Shown here: piece after piece, positions 17,110 through 29,738 of the stretch
How the letters are laid out: the number at the start of each line of letters is the position of its first letter
How positions within the stretch are numbered: position 1 is the first letter of the stretch
Assembly (NCBI GenBank): GCA_002269645.1
Contig: NIVC01001402.1
Coordinates: forward strand, 124,001-188,000
DNA from: Macrostomum lignano
Lineage: Eukaryota
Length of the DNA stretch: 64,000 nt
Reading direction: 5' to 3'
Program-made: the position numbers and the translations under genes
The notes under the pieces: generated by a model
Told to the model about the DNA's origin: nothing
Seen by the model: only the letters and a program-made list of their open reading frames with translations
Databases searched by the model: none

Positions 17110-17822
17110 ATCGAATCCGACAGCTTTGATGCAAGCTTTGGATGTGTAACCGCACTCTGGAATCGAATCCAATGGTGCAAGCTTTGGATGTGAAACCGCA
17201 CTCTGGAATCGAATCCAATAGCTTTGGTGCAAGCTTTGGATGTGAAACCGCACTCTGGAATCGAATCCAATAGCTTTGGTGCAAGCTTTGGATGTGAAAC
17301 CGCACTCTGGAATCGAGTCCAATAGCTTTGGTGCAAGCTTTGGATGTGAAACCGCACTCTGGAATCGAGTCCAACAGCTTTGGTGCAAGCTTTGGATGTG
17401 TAACCGCACTCTGGAATCGAATCCAACAGCTTTGGTGCAAGCTTTGGATGTGAAACCGCACTCTGGAATCGAGTCCAACAGCTTTGGTGCAAGCTTTGGA
17501 TGTGAAACCGCACTCTGGAATCGAGTCCAACAGCTTTGGTGCAAGCTTTTGATGTGAAACCGCACTCTGGAATCGAGTCCAACAGCTTTGGTGCAAGCTT
17601 TGGATGTGTAACCGCACTCTGGAATCGAATCCAGCAGCTTTGGTGCAAGCTTTGGATGTGTAACCGCACTCTGGAATCGAATCCAACAGCTTTGGTGCAA
17701 GCTTTGGATGTGTAACCGCACTCTGGAATCGAATCCAGCAGCTTTGGTGCAAGCTTTGGACGTGTAACCGCACTCTGGAATCGAGTCCAACAGCTTTGGT
17801 GCAAGCTTTGGATGTGTAACGC
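17110..17822. repeat. 52-bp minisatellite (GCTTTGGTGCAAGCTTTGGATGTGAAACCGCACTCTGGAATCGAGTCCAACA), about 14 copies
   Basis: Period measured 17221 to 17273; ends approximate. Confidence 0.95.
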
Positions 17823-19098
17823 AGCCGCACCGCCACCCTCTTCTAATTTCGCACAAGCAAAAAGCAGAACTTAGATTGAACAATTTTTGTCTAAATATAA
17901 TGCGTTTTTCCGCGATAAATCTATTTGAGTTCAATCTCAGACTCAATGCAGCAATTTTTTGTCTACTGTTTGAGCAGCCATGATTTACCGACCTGAAGTC
18001 TCCATCCAGGACGAAACTGCAACAGATGCTGATGTTTGCAGTCTGTCAATCGGAGCAGCCGCTTCCGGGGCATTATCTGCGCCATCTGAACGTGTAATCA
18101 GTGAGCACAGACCCTGAAACTATATTGAGCCAGCGGGCTGCTTTTCATTTTCTGTCCACAAATGTTATAATGTTACTTGTAATTTAACCGCCAAAAACTT
18201 TGGCAAATTTGTGGATTAACAACTTCATTCGTGCAATTCTTGTTTGGCAAAACTTGCTATTCAAAAAGATTCATCTGAAAAAATCCAACTCTTTCAGTAA
18301 ATTCTATCCGCATTTGCATAGTCTTACTGCTGCAGTAGCAAGTGACGCGCATAAGAGACGGCTGTTTGCCAACTGAACGCTTTCTTATCTTCCTATCTAA
18401 AAAATGAACCAGCTTTGCGTCAGCTTGCGAGACGCAAATTCATCGAAAACGCACTCAAGCTCAAACATGCGAGCATGTCAGGGCCGCTCGTGTTTTTGGC
18501 AGCTGTTTAACATTGACAGACACGCGGGTCTCGCTCCATTAGCTGCGTTGAGCTGCGAAAAACTCACGATGGTCTTGGCACGCTTTTAAAAATAGAGCCA
18601 AGTCCCCAGTTCCGGTCGAGTTATTTTGGGATAAAATATTCCGATTTTTAGATGCAATTTTGTGGATCTAAACTTGAAACGTGCCGTCAGCTTAAGATCT
18701 GTCAGCTTGTTTCGGGTGCTGTCCACCCCGCCCAAAAGAGTAAATTATCAGTTTTGCGAATTCAGCAAGCGGCAAAGTCAAACAGCTGCTGTGCGAGAGC
18801 CTCTAGCTCACTAACCACTATGCGTACATTTGATGTCTTCATGTGATGTGCTGACTGCAACTATGTTCAGCAGTGGCATTCTTGAAAGTCGCGTCAGAGA
18901 CAAAGGCAAGGTTCAAATCTAGTGAAGACTTTGGAAAATAAATGTTCTGCTATATAAAGCACAAACTGTCCTCACTTGCCTCACTGTCCATGCTAAAGAG
19001 AGCGTTAGCCAAATTTGTACAGGCGCATCTCAACAGTGCTGACTTTGCACCTGCATTGTCATTGCAACCCAAATACAGCTGCCGTGCTATTGCCACAT

Positions 19099-20230
19099 AT
19101 ACCTGGCACCGAGGCCACATGATCAGCAGAGATACCTGGCACCGAGGCCACATGATCAGCAGAGATACCTGGCACCGAGGCCACATGATCAGCAGAGATA
19201 CCTGGCACCGAGGCCACATGATCAGCAGAGATACCTGGCACCGAGGCCACATGATCAGCAGAGATACCTGGCACCGAGGCCACATGATCAGCAGAGATAC
19301 CTGGCACCGAGGCCACATGATCAGCAGAGATACTTGGCACCGAGGCCACATGATCAGCAGAGATACCTGGCACCGAGGCCACATGATCAGCAGAGATACT
19401 TGGCACCGAGGCCACATGATCAGCAGAGATACCTGGCACCGAGGCCACATGATCAGCAGAGATACCTGGCACCGAGGCCACATGATCAGCAGAGATACCT
19501 GGCACCGAGGCCACATGATCAGCAGAGATACCTGGCACCGAGGCCACATGATCAGCAGAGATACCTGGCACCGAGGCCACATGATCAGCAGAGATACCTG
19601 GCACCGAGGCCACATGATCAGCAGAGATACCTGGCACCGAGGTCACATGATCAGCAGCTAGATACGAGTACTTGGCACCGAGGCCACATGATCAGCAGAG
19701 ATACTTGGCACCGAGGCCACATGATCAGCAGAGATACCTGGCACCGAGGCCACATGATCAGCAGAGATACTTGGCACCGAGGCCACATGATCAGCAGAGA
19801 TACTTGGCACCGAGGCCACATGATCAGCAGAGATACTTGGCACCGAGGCCACATGATCAGCAGAGATACCTGGCACCGAGGTCACATGATCAGCAGAGAT
19901 ACTTGGCACCGAGGTCACATGATCAGCAGAGATACCTGGCACCGAGGTCACATGATCAGCAGCTAGATACTTGGCACCGAGGCCACATGATCAGCAGAGA
20001 TACCTGGCACCGAGTCAGAGCTACCATGCTATTGCCACATGATCAGCAGAGATACCTGGCACCGAGTCAGAGCTACCATGCTATTGCCACATGATCAGCA
20101 GAGATACCTGGCACCGAGTCAGAGCTACCATGCTATTGCCACATGATCAGCAGAGATACCTGGCACCGAGTCAGAGCTACCATGCTATTGCCACATGATC
20201 AGCAGAGATACCTGGCACCGAGTCAGAGCT
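19099..20230. repeat. 33-bp minisatellite (TACCTGGCACCGAGGCCACATGATCAGCAGAGA), about 27 copies, switching to a related 52-bp unit after about 19990
   Basis: Period 19101 to 19134 = 33; period 20001 to 20053 = 52. Confidence 0.95.
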
Positions 20231-20456
20231 GCTAAGCTGCAGCTTGAACAGATCACTACGACTCACATATGTGACCAGCTTGTCTGTAGGGGGCTGCCTT
20301 ATCTTTGTTAGTTAAGCCACCTGTCACGAAATCTGTCAGCTTTCTGATGGTGATTGGCTTCCGGAGGTGCACTTGCCTGGAGGACAGCATCTTGCCGGAC
20401 AATTGCGTGAGTACCTTGGAATTAGGCTTTAAAATACTTCCAACCCTCAATTATGC

Positions 20457-21300
20457 AATCAGTGACTGTCTTGTGTGTGCACTGCACAGTAGCAGTAGGC
20501 AATCAGTGACTGTCTTGTGTGTGCACTGCACAGTATGCAATCAGTGACTGTCTTGTGTGTGCACTGCACAGTATGCAATCAGTGACTGTCTTGTGTGTGC
20601 ACTGCACAGTAGGCAATCAGTGACTCTTGTGTGTGCACTGCACAGTAGGCAATCAGTGACTGTCTTGTGTGTGCACTGCACAGTAGGCATTCAGTGACTG
20701 TCTTGTGTGTGCACTGCACAGTAGCAGTAGGCAATCAGTGACTGTCTTGTGTGTGCACTGCACAGTAGGCAATCAGTGACTGTCTTGTGTGTGCACTGCA
20801 CAGTAGGCATTCAGTGACTGTCGTGTGTGTGCACTGCACAGTAGCAGTAGGCAATCAGTGACTGTCTTGTGTGTGCACTGCACAGTAGGCAATCAGTGAC
20901 TGTCTTGTGTGTGCACTGCACAGTAGGCATTCAGTGACTGTCGTGTGTGTGCACTGCACAGTAGGCATTCAGTGACTGTCGTGTGTGTGCACTGCACAGT
21001 AGGCATTCAGTGACTGTCTTGTGTGTGCACTGCACAGTAGCAGTAGGCATTCAGTGACTGTCTTGTGTGTGCACTGCACAGTATGCAATCAGTGACTGTC
21101 TTGTGTGTGCACTGCACAGTAGCAGTATGCATTCAGTGACTGTCTTGTGTGTGCACTGCACAGTAGGCAATCAGTGAGTGTCTTGTGTGTGCACTGCACA
21201 GTAGCAGTATGCAATCAGTGACTGTCTTGTGTGTGCACTGCACAGTAGCAGTATGCAATCAGTGACTGTCTTGTGTGTGCACTGCACAGTAGCAGTAGGC
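20457..21300. repeat. 38/44-bp minisatellite (AATCAGTGACTGTCTTGTGTGTGCACTGCACAGTAGGC, with or without AGTAGC)
   Basis: Period 20511 to 20549 = 38; some units carry a 6-bp insert. Confidence 0.95.
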
Positions 21301-22122
21301 AGCCGATGGGAATTACATGTAGCCCCAGTTCCCTTTGCAGACACTGTTGGCTTTCTGTCATGCCAAATTCAGGAGAGCTGTAACAGGCACTGTTGCAGTG
21401 CTGGCTCGAGAAGGCAAGGCAAACAGACAGGTGGCTCATATTGCGCAGGTGCTAAATTAGCCATGTAAAAGCAACCCAACAGCAAAATCCTCAGCGCCAG
21501 GAACTCAGCTCGCTATTGTCTCTAGAATTTTCCTGGCCTGCCAGCTGCCATCAGCTCCTTACCTGCACCCCATGCTATTCAGGCCTAATTGGCAGTCTGA
21601 ATTCACTGTCTCTCCATCATTGACAGTCTGCCTGGAAACAGGCCTCAATAAAAATATTCTCAACTTTCATATCAGTTCCTGTGCTGATGTGTCATAAATC
21701 CCGTCAGTCATTTTCGTAGGCCAGTTGATGTCACTTCATCTCCCTGCTTACTGGCTTGGGGATTAGGCTCATAAGCTCGAAACTCTAAATCTGCGATCGA
21801 GGTTGGCTGAATGGGAATATCATCTACTAAGATAAAAGACGTTTGATGTTAATCTCCAGTCTTCAATGAGATGTAGAGACGTCCAGAGTCTGTCTACCTT
21901 TCAGGAGGGATGACTTGAAAGGACGACAAAGGCATTCGTTATCTTGCCAGACCCATTCAGAGCCTCCCAGCCAATCAGCGACATCCGCCAGGCCATTGGA
22001 TGCCCCCTAACCCACTCGTTCTCTTGTCCCTTTCATTTGGAAAATTCGGCCGCGCATCAATCGGGAGAAGCTCAGCCGAATCGTGTCTCAGGATCCCAGC
22101 CTCCCATCATCGCCACATCAGC

Positions 22123-25100
22123 ATGGCCTGCATGCCGAAGGAGCCGCCGCTGTCCCCGCAGCCTCTGCTCAACCGCTCGCTGTCGCTCTGGTCGGCCAAC
22201 GCCACAGCGGATGCGGAGTCCCTGTCCGTGTACGAGATTGTCCTCTACGCAATCCTGGCTGCCGCGGCCAGCGCCGTCACCGGCTTCGGCAACCTGCTGG
22301 TCCTCGTTTCCTTCCGCATCGACCCGCAGCTGCGCTCCGTCAGCAACTACTTCCTCATGTCGCTGGCGGTGGCGGATCTGCTCATCGGCTTTGTTTCCAT
22401 GCCAACGTACACGGTGTACCTGCTCGTCAACTACTGGCCCTTCGGTGTTGTGGCCTGCAACCTGTACCTCTGCTTTGACTACACCATGTGCAACGCCTCC
22501 GTGGCCAGCCTGCTCATCATCTCCATCGACCGCTACCGCTCCGTCACCAGCCCGCTGGTCTACCGCGCGCACCGGACGCCCCGCCGAGCGCTGATCATGA
22601 TCGCCTGCGCCTGGGCCGTGTCTATCGTGCTCTGGAGCCCTCTGATTGTGCTCTCCTCCGTCACCAAAACCGACCGACTGGCCACTGTCTGCCAGGTGGA
22701 GTTCATCAACGACAATCCTTACCTGACCTTCTTCACCTCGATCATGGCGTTCTTCCTGCCCGTCACCGTCATGACCGTGCTGTACGTGCGCATCTTCCAG
22801 GAGACAAAGCGGCGACAACGCGAGTTGAAGAACCTCCAGGCCGGCGGTAGCAGCCGCAGCGGTGCCGGCAGCATCGAGTCACCGGGCTCCTCCGTCCGTC
22901 GAGGCCGACGCCGGGGTCGCCACCGCAGACGCGACCTGCACAGCTGCCTCGGTCGCATTGTTGACAAGGACGACGAGAACGGAGTCGCCGGGGAGGACGA
23001 AGGCGAATCAGACTCGCTCGGTCGCGACGGCCACCTGCTGAAGCGGGACGGCAGCCTGACGCTGAGGGAGGATCGGCCTGTGCTGACGCGGCACTTTCCC
23101 CGCTCCAGCTCCTACTTCCGGGCCAACTACCAGGCCGGCAGGCGCGGCAGGCCCGCCGAATCATCGCTGGCTCCGTCGACTGCCACGGATGATTTGAGTG
23201 AGTTGAGATCAGATTTTTGATACCACTGCGAGTTACCACTTTTAGGTTCGACTGAAATACCCTTGCAGAACAAATTATCAGCAAAATTTCGCCAATACAC
23301 AATGTTTTCACTTTTGGAATTGTTGTGCGTGGGAGGAGATTAAAAAGGTTTGCAAACGCAGTGTCAACCGAGTGTCAACCAGTGCCATTTCACCGCGAAA
23401 AGTCCCACGGTCACGCGACTGGTCGACGAGATGCCCCAGAATAAAACTTGGGGATTGAAAAGGGAATTCTCCCTTTGAATTTACAGCTGATGCGTTTATT
23501 CCTTCCTGGTTGCGATAGTGCCTGCTTAATCCGTCCGATGCCTACTGCGTCCCTCTTGATTTTTAAGCCTCAAGCCCGCCTCCTGTGTCGGATTGCGCAT
23601 CAACAGTCGCTCAGCGCCTCATCAATTTGCGCTTCTCTCTTGAGCTGCCATCCAAATTTGGTGAAGCTCTGGCTATTTGTTTCGCAATAGGCAGCTGCGA
23701 AACTGCTGCTGCTATGGTGGAAGATTCTGCAGGCTGGACTTTTGTCAGCTAAACTTCCCCATTGGTCCAAAAGAATCCCCGCTAATCGATGCGTGTTGCC
23801 TCCTAAGACAGGCACGAGGGCGCGCGCGAAGCGGGCAGGTGTGAATTGCGACACTGAGCAACTGCAGCTCCCTTCCTGCAGCATTGACGGGGCCCCCTCC
23901 CGGGGCATTCATTCGACACTGCCTCTTCTATCCCCAACGTACCGGAGAACGTTGCTTCCATTTAAGCAACGCGCCGTCTTTAGTGAAGAGTTGTAGCCAC
24001 AGGTATCGAGTCTAACTGATGGAACTACCACATGTCAGGACACACGCCTGATGGCAAGTGGACGATGCAATTATGCAATTATTATAGAAATACGCTCATA
24101 GAAGTCATTTTTGATTAACGAGCGCAAATCAGCTTGAAAAAGCAAGAATTCACAGCCTCAAGCCAGGGTGTGCGGAGCAGGCGCAGGTGAGAAGTACTGT
24201 GTATCAGCGGAAGAAGATTGCTGCTGTAGGACGGTGCGCCCCGCCAACACAAAGAGGCAAAGTGGACAGAGCGGTGCAGACGGGGTCGCTGAGAAGAATT
24301 ATGAATTATTAACAGTGTGCAAGCAGACCGCGCTAAGCAGAGGCTCGGGCCAGGTGAATTTCATTGGGGGAGAGCTTTCATGTCTCTCGGTAGCGGCTGG
24401 TGGGAAATGATGAGAAGCCCTCGGAAAAACTCAGCCTGGATCCGCAGATCAGAGCCACCGCGGTGGGGCTTGCTCGGGGCGGTTTCACGAATTGCACGAT
24501 GTTCCAGAAAGGCGCTTCCCTCAAAATGCACCCCTGCCTCTACAAAACTTCGCAGACGCCTTGCCCGACGACCTGGTCTCCGAGCTGCCGGAGGATCAGC
24601 CCAGCTACATCGTGTGGATCCGGCTGCCGGACGCCAGCGGCCGCGGCCGCGTGCAGCTGCGCTCCAAGCGCTTCTCGGACGCAGCCGCGGAGCCGCAGTT
24701 TCTCAAGCAGCCGGCGCAGTCGCAGCTGCACCAGCCAGCCGCGGCGGCATCCGCGGGCCGATTCGACAGCGCCAAGTCAAACGCCACGGCTGACAGCGGC
24801 ATCGATAGCATCGGGGAGGGCTCGAGTCTGCGGAGAGCCGGCCAACAGCAGCCAAATCGCAACAACCAAAGACGAGTCTCTGAAGTTCAGAAGCACAGCA
24901 AGAAGGAGTCCAAGAATGAGCAGAAGGCGGCGAAGACACTGAGCGCCATTCTGCTGGTGTTCATCATCACGTGGATTCCCTACAGCGTGTTCACCCTGAT
25001 CCGGGCGGTGTACCGCGCGCACTGCCCCGACGAGCTCTACCGCCCGCTGATTCCGCACACTCTCTACAACTTCGGTGAGACTCCGGAGAGGGTGCTTGGG

Positions 25101-27234
25101 TCGACGAATTCTGAGAGGAAAGCAGAGGTCTGCTCAAAGCAAATCTCTTACGAAGAGCTGCTCAATCAGATGCCAGGAGTAGCACTCAAAATGCCCCTCG
25201 AGATGACCTTCCGCAAGATTGCCTGCCTGCTAGCTTTGTTGCTCCGAGTTGCTTGAAGTGTGGGCGGGCTGGGCCGAGGGGAGCAGCGGGAATGGCGCGA
25301 TGAACTCACGCGGGGGGTGACAGATGCGGCTCGGCAGTGCGGAGTCACAGCTGCGTCTTCGGCGGGAAGGGCAACACCTGCAGCGCCTCACACAGCGGTC
25401 CTGGGCCTCCCCAGCTCTGGCCCTCAACTCTCATCTCCCTTAGGCTTCACTTATCGTACAGCCAGAGAATGGCAAGTGCAATCAAGCCCCAGAACAGAGA
25501 AGCATCTAAACCTAACCATGGAATGCAGAGGGAAAGCCAGACAAATTGGGTTTGCCAGCGCCCGAAGTTCAGACTAGCAATAGAGGTTTTTTAGGCAACA
25601 TTGCAGTTTGATTCGCGATAATTTTTTCGGGTTTAATTAAATCCTTGCCTACGCGTCACGTTGGGGTTTGAATTCGTGCCAAATCGTCAACCCGCGTCAA
25701 TTGTCTATGGCCAAACCAAAGGAAAATGTTAAAATAAGGAAGATTATTAACAATCTAAATGGCTACTAAAGTTTTGTTCGGCTTTGGACTTTGGATTTTT
25801 CCCCGGGTCACTGCTCGGACTATATGGCCACTGGCAGGAGGTTCGGCCTCTTTAAGCTGCTTCTGCCGCTGGGACCTCCATAAATTTATCAAATTTTCCG
25901 CTACGCCAGGCCTCGGAAAAGTTTGAGGAGATCCTGCAGGCGGACCAGGCGAGATAGCGGGGGGGGGGTAGGAACGAGAGGGGCGCCCACTCACCCTGAT
26001 TAATCAGGTATTTCTTATCTCCGTCAATTATCTGCCATAATAATGCAAATTTCTGAGCCGTTCATCATGGCTGCAATTCAATGGTCTCGGGGCCGCGCGG
26101 GCAGGGGGAATTGCGAATGAATTCAAGCAGGAAACGGCGGCAATCGATAAAAATATGGAGAGAAACTCAGACTGGCCCCGGCCTGCCGATCAAGAAGTTC
26201 CTTGAGGCTGCTGCTCAGCCTGAGAACTCCGTCTCAAAATATAGAGGGCGATTTTTAAGATTAAAGCTATTCTTCGCATTCATTTCAACAGAATTTCAAT
26301 GGAACTGCATTTTTATCAACTCTTTCCTTGACCCAATAGGATGAACGAAACTTACTGGCTCTGCTACCTCAACTCTACCATGAACCCCTGTACCCGCAGG
26401 CTACTGGCTCTGTTACCTGAACTCTACCATGAACCCCTGTACCCGCAGGCTACTGGCTCTGCTACCTGAACTCTACCATGAACCCCTGTACCCGCAGGCT
26501 ACTGGCTCTGCTACCTGAACTTTACCATGAACCCCTGTACCCGCAGGCTACTGGCTCTGCTACCTGAACTCTACCATGAACCCCTGTACCCGCAGGCTAC
26601 TGGCTCTGTTACCTGAACTCTACCATGAACCCCTGTACCCGCAGGCTACTGGCTCTGCTACCTGAACTCTACCATGAACCCCTGTACCCGCAGGCTACTG
26701 GCTCTGTTACCTGAACTCTACCATGAACCCCTGTACCCGCAGGCTACTGGCTCTGCTACCTGAACTCTACCATGAACCCCTGTACCCGCAGGCTACTGGC
26801 TCTGTTACCTGAACTCTACCATGAACCCCTGTACCCGCAGGCTACTGGCTCTGCTACCTGAACTTTACCATGAACCCCTGTACCCGCAGGCTACTGGCTC
26901 TGCTACCTGAACTCTACCATGAACCCCTGTACCCGCAGGCTACTGGCTCTGCTACCTGAACTCTACCATGAACCCCTGTACCCGCAGGCTACTGGCTCTG
27001 TTACCTGAACTCTACCATGAACCCCTGTACCCGCAGGCTACTGGCTCTGTTACCTGAACTCTACCATGAACCCCTGTACCCGCAGGCTACTGGCTCTGCT
27101 ACCTGAACTCTACCATGAACCCGGTCTGCTACGCGCTGTGCAACGTAAATTTTCGACGCACTTTCTGGAAAATTCTCACCTGCCGGTTTCGAAGGCGCCG
27201 CACGCTGCGGCAGCTGGGACACGGTGAGCGATGA
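22123..27234 (+). CDS. mAChR: Muscarinic acetylcholine receptor (A-type/Gq-like); exons 22123-23197, 24508 (or 24556)-25074, 27086-27234
   Basis: TM1 GNLLVLVSF; TM2 SLAVADL; TM3 [17 protein letters not shown]; TM5 [12 protein letters not shown]; i3 loop SYIVWIRLP; TM6 [20 protein letters not shown]; TM7 [20 protein letters not shown]. Donors GTGAGT (23198) and GTGAGA (25075), both phase 1 and frame-compatible with the acceptors. Confidence 0.93.
26351..27120 (+). repeat. 49-bp minisatellite spanning the last intron/exon junction of the muscarinic receptor (15 acceptor copies)
   Basis: Unit = GCTACTGGCTCTGCTACCTGAACTCTACCATGAACCC (exon start) + CTGTACCCGCAG (intron end). AG ends at 26399 + 49n, up to 27085. 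Confidence 0.95.
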
Positions 27235-27334
27235 AGCGCTTCTGCTCTGCATTACTGTTCTCCTTTGCTCTGCGATTAAAGTCCATTCTGTCAAATCAGA
27301 GCTGCAAGGTGTCATTTCAGAGACTGGGTTAGGG

Positions 27335-27885
27335 ATTGGGGCCATAGAGAGATGCAGGTGAGGGATTGGGGCCATAGAAAGATGCATGTGAGGGATTGGG
27401 GCCATACAGAGGGGCAGGTGAGGGATTGGGCCATAGAGAGGTGCAGGTGAGGGATTGGGCCATAGAGAGGTGCAGGTGAGGGATTGGGCCCATAGATTAT
27501 GGCAGGTGAGGGATTGGGCCATAGAGAGGGGCAGGTGAGAGATTGGGCCATAGAGAGGTGCAGGTGAGGGATTGGGCCCATAGAGAGGGGCAGGTGAGGG
27601 ATTGGGCCATAGAGAGGGGCAGGTGAGGGATTGGGCCATAGAGAGGGGCAGGTGAGGGATTGGGGCCATAGAGAGGGGCAGGTGAGAGATTGGGGCCATA
27701 GGGAGGGGCAGGTGAGGGATTGGGGCCATAGAGAGGGGCAGGTGAGAGATTGGGGCCATAGAGAGATGCAGATGAGGGATCGGGGCCATAGAGAGGGGCA
27801 GGTGAGGGGTTGGGGCCATAGAGAGGGGCAGGTGAGGGATTGGGGCCATAGAGAGATGCAGATGAAGGATTGGGCCATAGAGAGA
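27335..27885. repeat. 29-30-bp minisatellite (GGCCATAGAGAGGGGCAGGTGAGGGATTGG)
   Basis: Visible tandem array; ends approximate. Confidence 0.93.
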
Positions 27886-28871
27886 AGTACAGATGCCAAT
27901 CTAGGGGCAGTAAGTGATATCTGCCTGAGCCTGAGTAATATGAGTCTCCAGATCTAGCATTGCCCCTCAGACCTGCAGACCCCCAGAGCAGCAGCAGCAG
28001 CATCTAATGCAATCAGTGTGCTGTACTGATTGCAGCTGCACCGCTGCCACGCGGCACTATTGAGCTGCCTGCTCCGAAGTGGAGGAAAATCGCAGTCAGA
28101 GCCGGCGCCCTATGGGCGGAGGGCACTCGAGCAGGCAATAAGCTGGCGCGCCGGCAGCAGAAATCAATTATCATAGAGCCGGTAGCAGCGGCAAAACTTG
28201 TCCCATGCCTCAGTCTGCGCAGGAAAGTGCAGCAGGGCAGCACAATGGACAGCATCGGGGCGGGAGTCGCAGAGGTGGCAGTGCTGGGCGATCGGTAGCG
28301 ATATGCGCCTTTCAGCCCAATTATTCTGAAAACTGGCGGCTGAATCCGCGACATCCTGGCGCACTTTCAGGGGGGGGGGCGGATTGCCGAGATAAGGCGG
28401 GGCTGCGAGGTCCCGGGGACAAGCCCCAGCTGCGCTCCGTCCCACAGCCGCCCCCGCTGGAGCTCCCAGCCGGCCCGCGCAGCCTCTGCGCTTCATCACT
28501 CTGGCGGGGAGCCACGGGAAATTGACGGGCCTGAGAGAGGGAAAGCGACCGAGGAAAACTGGGAGGCTGTGCGCCGCGCCTGGAGGCTGGGCGCACTCCG
28601 CCGCATCAGACGGAATTCTCGCATCAATTCCCGTGAATTCCGTCGGGCTCCCCGTCTTGGACCCGCGCGTCTCCCGATGCCCCCGAATGAACTGCATTGT
28701 TGAAACTGGGAATTCTCTTGGACTTGCTAATGGGGGAAAATTGCTGGGAAGGAAGAATTTTCTGGACTTTCCAGTCAGCTCTAAGCATAAGTGGCAACTC
28801 TTTAGGGTTTTTTGGTCGGACAGAAATGGAATTATTGCAACGCATGGCTGTAAAAGGTGGCACAAGTGCAG

Positions 28872-29738
28872 ATGTGGGTCACACAGAGATAAGAGGTACG
28901 GGAGTGGGTCACACAGAGATAAGAGGTACGGGAGTGGGTCACACAGAGATAAGAGGTACGGGAGTGGGTCACATATAGAGATAAGAGGTACGGGAGTGGG
29001 TCACACAGAGATAAGAGGTACGGGAGTGGGTCACACAGAGATAAGAGGTACGGGAGTGGGTCACATACAGATAAGTGGTACGGGAGTGGGTCACACAGAG
29101 ATAAGAGGTACGGGAGTGGGTCGCACAGAGATAAGAGGTACGGGAGTGGGTCACACAGAGATAAGGGGTACGGGAGTGGGTCACATACAGATAAGAGGTA
29201 CGGGAGTGGGTCACACAGAGATAAGGGGTACGGGAGTGGGTCACATACAGATAAGAGGTACGGGAGTGGGTCACACAGAGATAAGAGGTACGGGAGTGGG
29301 TCACATATAGAGATAAGAGGTACGGGAGTGGGTCACATATAGAGATAAGAGGTACGGGAGTGGGTCACACAGAGATAAGAGGTACGGGAGTGGGTCACAT
29401 ACAGATAAGAGGTACGGGAGTGGGTCACATACAGATAAGAGGTACGGGAGTGGGTCACACAGAGATAAGAGGTACGGGAGTGGGTCACACAGAGATAAGA
29501 GGTACGGGAGTGGGTCACACAGAGATAAGAGGTACGGGAGTGGGTCACACATAGAGATAAGGGGTACGGGAGTGGGTCACACAGAGATAAGAGGTACGGG
29601 AGTGGGTCACACAGAGATAAGAGGTACGGGAGTGGGTCACATATAGAGATAAGAGGTACGGGAGTGGGTCACACAGAGATAAGGGGTACGGGAGTGGGTC
29701 ACATATAGAGATAAGAGATACGGGAGTGGGTCACACAG
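28872..29738. repeat. 30-bp minisatellite (GTGGGTCACACAGAGATAAGAGGTACGGGA)
   Basis: Visible tandem array with occasional 2-bp inserts. Confidence 0.95.

Noticed and set aside
17110-17822. CRISPR-like appearance of this and other regular arrays
   Set aside because: Units are contiguous with no unique spacers, there are no cas genes, and the context is eukaryotic.
18942-20094. Long repetitive ORFs here and at 17058-17946, 27061-28003, 28522-29554, 39802-40958, 45292-45879, 55837-56785, 57228-58325 and 62741-63470
   Set aside because: They are translations of stop-free minisatellite units, open in several frames on both strands, and several lie inside introns of identified genes.
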